DNA from: Alloascoidea hylecoeti
Taxonomy: Eukaryota
Assembly (NCBI GenBank): GCA_001600815.1
Contig: BCKZ01000004.1
Location: forward strand, 1,081,566 to 1,145,565
Length of the DNA stretch: 64,000 bases
Direction of reading: 5' to 3'
Position numbers and translations under genes: made by a program. The notes beneath the pieces were generated by a model. It searched no databases, had not been told where the DNA came from, and saw only the letters and a program-made list of their open reading frames with translations. Positions 23,203 through 34,556 of this stretch are shown piece by piece (within the stretch, counting starts at the first letter, position 1; every line of letters begins with the position of its first letter).

Positions 23203-24366
23203 ATGCTACGTCTACGACCCAAATCAGTCTTCATATGTTTAATTGGACTTTACATTCTCTTTATATTTATTGGTAGTCGAAAATCCTCCAAAAAAATCAT
23301 TTTAGATATAAATACCGGTATCCCAGAACAAGAATTAATAATTCAAAAAAGATTAGAGATTTTACAATTACAATATACAGATGTTTCTATTTATAATAAA
23401 ACAACACTTCGTGAAAAATTAGCTTTTCAATTTCCATATGATCAAAATAAACAATTTCCAAAAATAATATGGCAAACTTGGAAAGTAAGTCCATCATCAA
23501 AAGAATTCCCTGAACGTTTAAGAAAATGGCAAATTAGATGGAATGAACAAAATCCAAATTATAGACATATATTATTAGATGATGAACAAGCTAAAGAATT
23601 TGTTGAAAAAGAATATAAAAATATTAAAGAAATCATTGATACTTATAATGCATTACCAACACAATTATTAAAAGCTGATTTATTAAGGTATTTAATTGGA
23701 TATGCTAAAGGCGGTGTTTATACTGATATTGATACTGCTCCTCTGGAGGCTATTGATAATTGGAAATCAACTAAACAGGATGACAAAGATAGGAGTATAG
23801 GTTTTGTTATTGGTGTAGAGGTTGATCCAGATAGAGAAGATTGGTATAAGTATTATGCTAGACAACTTCAATTTTGTCAATGGACATTCCAAGTTAAACC
23901 TGGACATCCTTTGCTACGAGAAGTTATAGCTAGAGTTATAGAATTAACACAACAAAACTTAAAGAAGGAGATGAATTATAGAGATATTAAAACCATTTTA
24001 AATTGGACAGGATCTGGAGTCTGGACAGATTCAATATTTGATTATCTGAATGATTATGATATTATTCATCCATTAGGATTACCTAAGTTGAATACATTAT
24101 CAAAAGAATCTGCTAAAAAATTAGATGTTAGAATAATTGTTGATAAATTTAAACAAATTTCTCAAGAAATCGGAAAAATTAATTTTAAAAGTTTTTCAGG
24201 ATTAATCAATCCAAAAGTTATTAATGATGTTATGATTTTACCAATTACTAGTTTTAGTCCTGGAATTGGACGTATGGGATCAAAAGGAATTGATGATGAA
24301 TTGGCATACGTTGTTCATTTTTTTATGGGGACTTGGAAAGAAGATTCAAGTCGTAATTGGTTTTGA
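23203..24366 (+). CDS. Och1/Hoc1-family mannosyltransferase (GT32), paralog B
   Basis: Signal anchor, PKIIWQTWK, LKADLLRYL, GGVYTDIDT, QFCQWT and LPITSFSPG. Confidence 0.92.
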   Translation: MLRLRPKSVFICLIGLYILFIFIGSRKSSKKIILDINTGIPEQELIIQKRLEILQLQYTDVSIYNKTTLREKLAFQFPYDQNKQFPKIIWQTWKVSPSSKEFPERLRKWQIRWNEQNPNYRHILLDDEQAKEFVEKEYKNIKEIIDTYNALPTQLLKADLLRYLIGYAKGGVYTDIDTAPLEAIDNWKSTKQDDKDRSIGFVIGVEVDPDREDWYKYYARQLQFCQWTFQVKPGHPLLREVIARVIELTQQNLKKEMNYRDIKTILNWTGSGVWTDSIFDYLNDYDIIHPLGLPKLNTLSKESAKKLDVRIIVDKFKQISQEIGKINFKSFSGLINPKVINDVMILPITSFSPGIGRMGSKGIDDELAYVVHFFMGTWKEDSSRNWF

Positions 24367-25355
24367 ATATATATTTGAACAGTGAATATTAGTCCTCCAG
24401 GTGGCCGAAATTAAGTGGAATATGAGATAATTGTTTGAGAAATTGTAACTCAGCCTTGTAATTTACTTAGTATCGGTTTCAGTGTTTTTCCCGCTAGAAA
24501 TTCTTTCTGATCATCACGACATCCCCATGATATATAATTATAAGCTTCAGTATACTCCATTGGAGCCTGGAATGATGTAATGATGTGATATTAACATGAA
24601 GGCAATCGCAATAAAATTCACCTACTAGGTCCAGCTTAGGATTAGAGTTCGGTATGCCATCCTGGGGTTCTACTTAAAGTTACTTAGAAAATCCCAGGAG
24701 GACAGGTTTTCTCAGAAGCATAACTCTCCTGAACGAACCATGGCCGATGAGGAAGAAACGATCTTCCCATCATCCTGATCCAAGCCAACTTTCCGTCTTG
24801 TATGGTGCCAATTGTGTTCTTCAGTAGTGTTTCTAAATATAGAAAGGTTCTCGCTCTGGCCTATTCCTGCGTTGGGCACAAGGCTCATCTACATATTAAG
24901 TAGTTGCACGGCTAATATTTAATATTACACAATTAAATTTACATCCAAAAGTAGCTCGAAAAGACTGTTATATTTTAATTGTAGAGTCCTACGGTTCAGG
25001 CAGTGAAATTTCGAGGATACCCCTTCGCCTACACAGGGAGGAACCCGGAGGAGGGTCCAATGGGGCCCAACACGTTTTTCAGTGTTGCAGATTGCAGCTG
25101 CACCGAAAAAAGCTTGAAGGAGTGAAGGAGTCTAGACTTCGAGATACCTGCATATTATGTGAAACTACTCCAAATGAAATACAAGTTATAAAAACATCTC
25201 CTTCCCCCAAAATGTTATGTCATTTATGTCTTTATATTTTTATATATTTTATATCTTTCGGATTTGAGATTTGAGATTGGAGATTTGAAATTTGAAAGTT
25301 GTTGCTGAATTTGTTGTTATTTATCGTCATTCTTTTATAAACCATTCCTTAGAAA

Positions 25356-26498
25356 ATGTTACATCCAAAAATACTATGTGTTCTATTACTAGCTATTATC
25401 TTCATCATAAATATACTATCCGCACAGTTTCATTCTTTTTATAGCCGTGTCTCTTCTTATACTTATAATCAAAATCTACAAAGTATTAGAAATATACCAG
25501 AACCTGAATCTATATTACAACAAAGATTACAGGATTACGGTAGAATCTTACCATCTGATGCAACAATTAGAGAAAAATTAGCATTTCATTTCCCTTATAA
25601 TAATACTGAAAATTTCCCAAAAAATATTTGGCAATCATGGAAAGTAAATTCTTCAGATCCAAACTTTCCAACAAATTTTCAAAATTTTCAAAAATCTTGG
25701 AAAACTTTTAATTTAAATTATAATCATCAAATTTTAGATGATAAATTTGCTTTTGAATTTATTGAAAAAAATTTCCAAAATAAGAGTTTAAATGTATTAA
25801 TTGATGTTTATAAAAAATTACCAATTGTTATATTAAAAGCTGATTTTTTAAGATATTTAATTGGTTTTGTTAGTGGTGGGGTTTATACGGATATTGATAC
25901 TACTGCTTTAAAATCAATTGATGATTGGGCTTCAACTAAATTAGAGAATAATATTGGATTAGCAATTGGAATTGAAGCAGATCCTGATAGAAAAGATTGG
26001 CATGATTGGTATGCAAGAAGAATTCAATTTTGTCAATGGACTTTCCATTCAAAACCTGGTCATCCTTTATTACGTGAAATAATTGCTAGAATTGTTGATA
26101 TTACATTGTCTGGAAAATACCCTAAGAATAAGCATGGTGAATATGATGTTATGAATTGGACTGGTCCAGGAATTTGGTCTGATACAATTTTTGATTACTT
26201 AAATAATTATGATGTTATACACCCAAATGCTTTATCAAATTCAAATCCAAATTCTGATTTAAATTTAAATGATAAAAGAGTTATAAATGATGAAATTAAA
26301 CAAGTTAGTGAAGAGGAAGGAAAAATCAATTTTAAAACTTTTACAGGATTAGAAAAACCAAAAGTTATTGGTGATGTTATGATTTTACCAATTACTAGTT
26401 TTAGTCCTGGTGTTGGTCATATGGGTTCAAAAAGTATTGATGATGAAATGGCTTATGTTAAACATTTTTTTAAAGGTTCTTGGAAAAATAATAACTAA
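25356..26498 (+). CDS. Och1/Hoc1-family mannosyltransferase (GT32), paralog C
   Basis: Signal anchor, PKNIWQSWK, LKADFLRYL, GGVYTDIDT, EADPDRKDWHDWYARRIQFCQWT, MNWTGPG and LPITSFSPGVGHMG. Confidence 0.93.
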   Translation: MLHPKILCVLLLAIIFIINILSAQFHSFYSRVSSYTYNQNLQSIRNIPEPESILQQRLQDYGRILPSDATIREKLAFHFPYNNTENFPKNIWQSWKVNSSDPNFPTNFQNFQKSWKTFNLNYNHQILDDKFAFEFIEKNFQNKSLNVLIDVYKKLPIVILKADFLRYLIGFVSGGVYTDIDTTALKSIDDWASTKLENNIGLAIGIEADPDRKDWHDWYARRIQFCQWTFHSKPGHPLLREIIARIVDITLSGKYPKNKHGEYDVMNWTGPGIWSDTIFDYLNNYDVIHPNALSNSNPNSDLNLNDKRVINDEIKQVSEEEGKINFKTFTGLEKPKVIGDVMILPITSFSPGVGHMGSKSIDDEMAYVKHFFKGSWKNNN

Positions 26499-27844
26499 TT
26501 ATAAATTTTAAATGGTTAAAAAAGTTACATAACTCAATAGTTATTGCGATTGATTGATTATTTTAGATTTGATTTTCATTTAGATTGATTTTCTAAACGT
26601 TTATTGAGACATTATGGATCTCCTTCACTATATTATTTATTATTATTACTATTTTTTTTTTTTTTTTGGGCTTTACCCATTCTTGATTTGCATTTTCATT
26701 ATCTAGATTTTTATTACTTATTTTCAAGTTTCTTTTTTTTTATCGCATTATTTCTCATCTTATTTTAAAAGAAGAAAAGGAAAAAAAGGCCCAAAGACAA
26801 CTGGTTGGGTATATATATATATATATATATTCATATGTTCAAAATTCATCATATTATAAAACAAACTTAAGCTGAAGTGAGAATGGGGTCTTTTATTTGT
26901 CCAATTACACTTGCAAGTTTCAATTATAACAGATAAATTGGGTTTGTCGGTGAATTGATTGATTTTCTTAGTATTGGCATATTAAATATTAAAGCTATTA
27001 ACTGTTCTATTTTGAAAGTAGTTTTAGTTCTATAGTTAAAACATTAATAGTAATACTAAAAATTATAAATAAATATATGGTAAAGGCTCCTTCAATTGTA
27101 GCTATCCGTTAATTATGCATACAGTGAAGGGCACAATATAGCGGCACTTGCATACGCCCTAGGTATCGCCCACACCATCACTAAAAAGATTTACTATACA
27201 CATATATTGAGATTCGCCCTAGATCTAGGACCATTTTACTCATTGCAAGCATCATCTCAAGTCTAGTTCATTCTGTTATATTTCTGTTCAATACACTCTG
27301 TTTTAAGAATTTAAACTTGTTTAATATGTAGTTTTTCCACTTTTAATTCACCATATTTAAGAGATAATTTCGTAGCTTTAGTGTATGTTTTTTCGTAACA
27401 TTGGAAAATAATAATTAGTTTCTAGGATGGCGAAATTCCAGCATATCGCGAAATAAATTAAAGCCAAATAACGAAAAAGTGGTCACCCCAAAAACTAATC
27501 GGCATTGGTACCCTGGTACATCATGGGGGCCTAATTTAAGTTAAATGTCGTTGTATCTGCATTCCACTTATTTGCAGCCAACCCAACCCGTGTACGTCAC
27601 TTCAGCTATTTTTGTCATGGTGATTTCTCCTGGAAGCATTTAATCCAGAGAATGGCCGATAATTATACATCAGCAAGGCTATTTATTAATTAGAATCGTA
27701 TGGCAGACTACTAACCCAATTATTTCATATTGAAAATGTACCATTTTATCCTTGAATGGGTGTAATGTTGTATGCATTGGATACCATATCATATGAGGTA
27801 TCACCAAATACCACAGACAGATAGATAAAACAATAAAACAGACA

Positions 27845-29853
27845 ATGACAGCAAGTCTAGGGGTTTTGGGGCAGGCCGATGTAGATGTTGAAGAAGCAGA
27901 TCTTCGTGTTCTTGAGGAGAATATTTCAACTATGAAGAAACTGACTCAGGGAATTAACGATTCCTTATTAAAGTTTTCCGATACTGCCAACAGAGCTGAG
28001 AATTCCATTCGGCCTGTTATTGAAAAGACTGAAAAGCTTCAGATTTACAGTTCCAGTATGTTTTTACCCCTAACATTCCATCTTCATCACAGTATTGAAG
28101 CCATAATTTACGTTTGAGATAGTTACTAATATGATCTATAGATATCAACAAGGTGTTGGATATGTTAAAGGAAGTGCAAGAATACGCTGTAAAGGCTGCT
28201 AAATATGAAACTATACTTCATCAAGAGTAAGTGTATTTAGTAACAGATGAATAGCACATTAAAGACTAACAGCTGGTCTACTTTTATAGCGTCGAAAAAA
28301 TTGGTATACGGCAATATGTTGAAGCAATGAATGCATGCAATGCTAATCTTCAAGATATGAAAGTAGCAAATCTCACAGGATTCAGTCAACTTATTACAAA
28401 TTCCGAATCAACAATTGAACGGAGTAAAGTTTCACTAGTTGAGTCTCTCAACACAATTATGAAAAGAGAATCAGAACCATTCAATCCTCTTGATTATTTA
28501 AAAAAAAAACCATTTCCTTATATGTCAGACCGTGGAATTAGCAATACAAGATTACTTTTACAATATTTTCATCATATGAATGATGATAATGCTGAGAAAA
28601 CTTATCTCAAATTTAGAATCGAATTTATTGTTAAATCTTTAAATCATTTGGAACCAAAAACAAAACCTGTTAAGAAAAGTGCAATTTATTCAAAAGGTTC
28701 AAATGGTATAAATGAATATTCTGATGCTTTAATTAGTTTTATATCACTTGAAAATTCAATTTTAAAAGATATTTTTCCAAATGAAGCTGCAAAAAGAGTT
28801 CAGTTACTTGAGTATATACTTGATTCATCTTCTGATGAATTTTCAAATATAGTACGAAATCTATCAAAATATGTCTCAACTAATATTCTAGGTGAAGGTT
28901 TATTATCATTTGAATTAATAGAAGCGGTAAATAAAGTTATTATAGAATTAAGACAATATACAACAAAAAATTTTAAAACTTTAGAATCAGGGTTGAATTC
29001 ATCAATAGAAGCAGCAAGATCTTATCTTTGTGAATTTATGCAATTCATTGAAACGAAAACAACAACACTTCCTGCATTACCAAGTGATAGTGGTGTCTGT
29101 GATGTTACAATTGATGTCATGTCTCGAATGAGAAGGTTCTCTGAATATAAGGATACTGCTGTAATAGCAATAGAAGGAATGAAACCAGGTTCTTGGATCC
29201 CAACAAACCCTAAACCCTTTTGGGTTGCAACATTTAGCAGCATTTCACCAGGGCAGGTCATTAATGAAGATGATGTTCTTGAATTGTTATCGTCATATTG
29301 CTCTGATTCATTTGATGCTCTAATGATTGGATTAGAATTAAAAGCTAAAACGTTACAGAAAAATAATTCACAAGTTGGATTTTTCTTGATTACAAACTTA
29401 ACTCTTATTGAGCAATTATTACAACAATCAGAATTAGGTAAAGTTCTTGGTGTAGTTGGAGCCAGTAGAATAGAAAGACTAAAAAAGAGAGCTCTTAATT
29501 TGTTCTTACAAGGCTGGAAAGCCTGTGCGACCTATCTTATGGATGTTACTATGGTTAGTGGCGGTAAACCAATAAATTCAAAATCAATGTCTTCAAAAGA
29601 TAAAGAATTAATCAAAGAAAAATTCAAAAATTTTAATACTGAATTTGATGCTCTTGTAGCTAATTTCAAAACATATAATATTACTGATCAAGCATTAAGG
29701 CAATATTTGGTAAGAGAAATTAAATTCATTTCTCCATTATATAGAAGATTTTATGATAAACATTCAAGTGGAGATTTTTCAAAACATTCCACTAAATATA
29801 TTAAATATGATACTCAAAAGTTTGATCAAGTATTAGATTCACTTACTCGTTAA
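27845..29853 (+). CDS. EXO70: Exocyst subunit Exo70, 3 exons
   Basis: Exons 27845-28055, 28142-28226 and 28290-29853; introns GTATGT..TACTAAT..TAG and GTAAGT..GACTAAC..TAG join in frame. Motifs DVDVEEADLRVL, SSKDKELIKEKFKNFNTEFD and YRRFYDKH...KYIKYD. Confidence 0.93.
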
Positions 29854-30842
29854 AACTACCTTAATATATCTTGTTTCATATATAAACTTATTTACAGAAA
29901 GCTTCCAATCCTAATTATTATTCCAATGTTATAGTCTATACGTGGTGTGTTATAGTCCGTGTTATAATCGCTTACACCATAAAGCCGCACGATGCTCACA
30001 TAGCAACATATAGGATTACTTTGTGTAACAGTAATGATAGAGTGACTAGTTTGAAGAAACACTATATTCTACACAAATATAAATATTTCGCACTTATGAT
30101 TAAATCAATGTCCTGATATATCACTTACAACGATATCGTCTTGCTAGAGAATAACTCTTACTATTAATATAATGTCTAACTAATTCCTTTAATTCTTCGT
30201 ATTAAAAGTATACTGGTATAACCTTAAACTCATTCGCGTACATTTAACTCAAATATTATATGTGAATGAGGATTTCTGATTTATTAATCATTTATGAATC
30301 CAACCTCTATAGGAGTATTTGTATGTGGATATTTTTAAAAATTCTCTTGACTCTTTTAATCTAAAGATACGATTACTCTGTTCAGTAGCCTGAGAATCAG
30401 CCCACTTATATAAAAGTTGAACTATAATAATAATAGTTTCAGAAAAATTACTAGTAAAATGCTTGGTGCCATATATTTTTGGTTGAAGTCGCACCAATTG
30501 CAATGTTTAATCTTTTCGTGAAACCCACCAATTTTGATTCTTCATGACAATTCTTTCTAAATAATTGATTTTCATGAAAGTAAAAAGTATTTTGTTGTTT
30601 TAAAGAAATATAATTGGTGGTATTTAAAGAAACACGCGCAATAATTTTCCCGCAATAGTAATAATTTTTCAACAAATCAGTGAAACACTTTATTTTATAG
30701 AGAATACAAATTATTATTTTGGAACCCCTCAGAACACTTCTATGAAGAATTAGCAAATAATTTTCCATAAAACACGCAATTGTAAAAAACTTGAAAAACT
30801 AGCTGAATTAAATATATACAATAAATTATGTGATGCTCTGTG

Positions 30843-30911
30843 AAAAATGAACTCTTTTTTTCTCCCATTACGCTATAAGGAAATATAACAGTATTCATAT
30901 GCATGCACACA
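30843..30911 (+). repeat. Dispersed repeat family B, copy 1
   Basis: 30867-30911 matches 44197-44241 at 37/45 positions without gaps; an upstream AAAATGAA..TTTTTTCT segment is also shared. Confidence 0.7.
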
Positions 30912-32328
30912 TATGTATGGGGTAAGTTTTATTACTTTTACGCACATGAATATTTGTGAAATTTCTTCATGAACATTAACAATATAAAACATAAACCTCT
31001 AGATTTCAAACGCCATATAAAAGTTAAGAAATAGGGTCAAAAAATTAAAAGAGAAGTGAAAAGATTATTTTGAATTCACAAATTTTATGTTCTTGTAGCT
31101 GCTTTAGCAAAGTTAATAAAGAATTAGTGTCTTCTGGCATTTGTACGAATCTTAATCTGTCTGTTTCTTATTTTCTTTTAAATATCTAGGGAAAGACTAC
31201 TTCTTATATATGTCTATTTAAAACAAGTTATCTGCAGAAATGATTGATCAACATAAAAACTAATTACTTGAAACATAAAAAACAGAATGTAACTATTACT
31301 AACTAGCTAACTGCCTTAACATCAATTTTATATTGGCCATCATCTATCTTTTGTATTATTTAAAATATATGATTTTGGTGTTGCAGTCACATTTTGCATG
31401 AAGGGTTTTAAGTAGTTTGTTCGTCCTAGAAGTTGGTCAAATTTAGTGAGGCACTCTACATTCTGGTTAGATTACATGTAATTTATTTCTCTTGTTTGTC
31501 TTAATTCAAGATTTACTTCTTATGCCCTTATTGTTTATATAACTCTTATATTATCATTCAAATAATTATATAAACCTTATAGCTGGCAGATTTAGAATAA
31601 GGCACAACTCTAACAATTCCCTGACTGTCGAAAAGATAATTCTCACTCTAGCTATGGATCTCTGTATGGTGTTATAGCTATTTATCAATGGCAATTGTGA
31701 AATGCTTTATAGCTCTAACAACATCAAAAGGCACTAATACTCAACTCTTGTGTTATTTTCTGGAGCAAATGTGGAAATAAATAGATCCAGGTTCTAGATT
31801 CGAGTTCGATAGACCCAAAAATATTAGTTTATTTAATTAGTGGGTACATCTAATTACATTTACTACATTTACTACATTACTGCTATTGGCTAAATGGATT
31901 AAATATCCTTTGCGCTGTTCGCCCCAATTCTTTGAAAGTTTTGGTTTCTTGTCTTTCGAGTTCTCTGGGGATTTGAGACCTTTATAAGCACATAAAAAAT
32001 GCTAACTAAGATATAATTAATATCTTATGAGGTTTTAGGGTAATAGATTTCAGAAAAATTAAGATATATTCAATTAATTGAATATTTTGAGAATTATCCG
32101 AATTCAAACTTTTCGGAATGAAAATTATAAAACTTTACCATTACCATCTCGAGATATATAACATTATACATCCCTCAACATAAATGGGTAGACATAAGTT
32201 CAATTGTAAGATTAAGCCCTCATATCAACGGTTAATTGTAAATTAACAGATCAAGATAAATTTTATTTGAAATTTCAATTGGCAATTGGAAAAGCACTAT
32301 TTTCTTGTTAGATAAAATTAGAAATATA

Positions 32329-32495
32329 CAGTCATTTCACTTAATTTGGGTGACGCTGGTTATTATTCCCATAACTATTTTCCGGCTGCATTATTACGGT
32401 TATGCAGGGTTATGGTCCAAAACCCCGCCGAAACATAAGTATGGAAATGGCCGATAATTAATAGCCACCATGACCGAAATTAAGTGAAATAACTG
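32329..32495. mobile_element. MITE (non-autonomous TIR element, Tc1/mariner-like ends), copy 1
   Basis: Left end TA|CAGTCATTTCACTTAATTTGGGTGACGCTGGTTATTA is the inverted match of right end TAATAGCCACCATGACCGAAATTAAGTGAAATAACTG|TG; 167 bp, no ORF. Confidence 0.8.
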
Positions 32496-34556
32496 TGTAA
32501 CTAATAAGCAACATCAAACTGTTATCAATTACAAAGCTCAAGAAAGATATTCCAGAAGAAAAAGTTGAATGTGATTTATCTACATGGGTTTATCTATAGT
32601 ATTACCTTGCTCTAGTAATCAGATCATATTAATTATATATTCGATCCATGAAAATAAACTTCGTTAATCAATCGACTTAAATTTAGCCAAAGAAAACATA
32701 AGAACTTTGCTTCCATATTGGTACTCTTAAATCTGTGTCACAGCATACTCATCTTATCCTGACAATTTGTTTGTATATATGGTACAATTTCGAATTAAAA
32801 CTTATTTTACTCTTCTATCTATAATTAACTATTAAAAATCCCGATACACCACATTATTTACAAATATATATAGACTGGGATAATAATATAATTCTAAAAA
32901 TATATTTAACTTATTAGAAAATTCATACCTGTCTAGTTGCAAGATAATTATACATATGTCTCCTTATACGAAATGATAATGCTTGAAACGGGGTAAGGTA
33001 CAACGGCAATCAAACAGGACTTTATAAGTGCAACAAGAGATCGAGCTTGAGTTCTCGATAATCATGGAACATGGCTATACTATGCCGCTATTGTACTTCG
33101 GGTTATATCAACAAAAGATAGGATGTATGTCTATATGTATTCATAAAATTCCAGTTAGATTTTTGAACTAATATTGATTTGAAAATTCTAGCATTAACAA
33201 ATCATTTAGATTCAGCACTATCTTTGGATTATCATATATGTAAATCATATTCCAATCAAAACTCAATTGTAATATAAAATTATGAAATGATAAGAACCTA
33301 ATTATGGAGAAAAACCGGGTATGAAGTTTTTTTTTTTCTTTTCAGATCTATTTTTCTTGAATTAAAGGACTATTCAACGCGCTGACACCAAAAGAAAAAA
33401 TATTAAGGCACAACAACATCGATATTAAATATCTTATAAAATAATATAATAGTTAATTTTAATTTTTAATTCATTGTTGTAAATTTAAATAATCCTTATA
33501 TATTTATAATTACAGTATATGTGGAGTCGCTGGTAGGCTCATCTTGAACTTTTATAATTAAACAAAATCTTCAATATTGTGTGATAAGGGTATTGCAGGA
33601 TCTCACATCTAATATACGCAGGAGAATATACTGAATAAAGGTCTAGATCAATTGCGAATACTACTTTAATATAAACTATGATAGAATAATATGGTTTTAC
33701 TGTGTAACTTAACTTAGTTGATAAATTCTATATTCTGACCGCTTTTATGTTTATAAGCGGCTAAGCCTGATCTTTAATTTAGGCTATAATTATATTTATT
33801 TGCCGCATATAGGCTATGGGTCCAAATTTCCTATAACTAAATGCTTAAAAAGCCTAATCGATATCAATTAATAATTGAGTAACATTTAATGAGATTGGTG
33901 TGCGGATATAAAACATTACGATCACGATAGTTATCTATTTGACTATAATTTACAACTATAAGTACAACAGAATACAAATACATTTAAATATAATATTAAT
34001 ACTACTAATTTTAACAGCTAGTAAAAAATGATAAATAAATCGATATTTTTTATGTATATATAAGAAAAATGTAAAACCCCACTCGAGCCAATAAATATCC
34101 GAGTAAAGATTAGAAAAACTGAATCCTCTTGCTTTCAAAAAAAGGTAACTAGAAGATAAGATGCATGTTAGTGACTGTATATATGGAGAAAACAACTGTC
34201 ATTATAATGAAAGACAACCTATAAAATTATACAAAAAAAAACAGAGGGAAAATAAATAAAGGACAGCTTTAAAAAGGAAAAAAAATTCTCTAAAAAATGG
34301 ATGCCAATACATTAATGAGCATTTCAAACAGCCAAGAAAACAAAAGAATGATACAAATTTAATACAAGAAGACGCAAACACTAACTGTCAATTTTAAAAA
34401 AAAAGTAATGGGTATAGATACTTCATCTTATAAATGAAGTAGGATCAAAAAGATATACATGATGAATGCAAATGAAATTTAGAAATGAAAAAAAACGCGT
34501 TATTAAAAATCGCAATCTAGAAGTTTTAACACAAAGAAGATTTTCTTTATTTCAAA

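Noticed and set aside
24560..25130. GC-richer intergenic patch with small hairpins as an ncRNA
   Set aside because: No snRNA, snoRNA, RNase P or SRP signature recognised.
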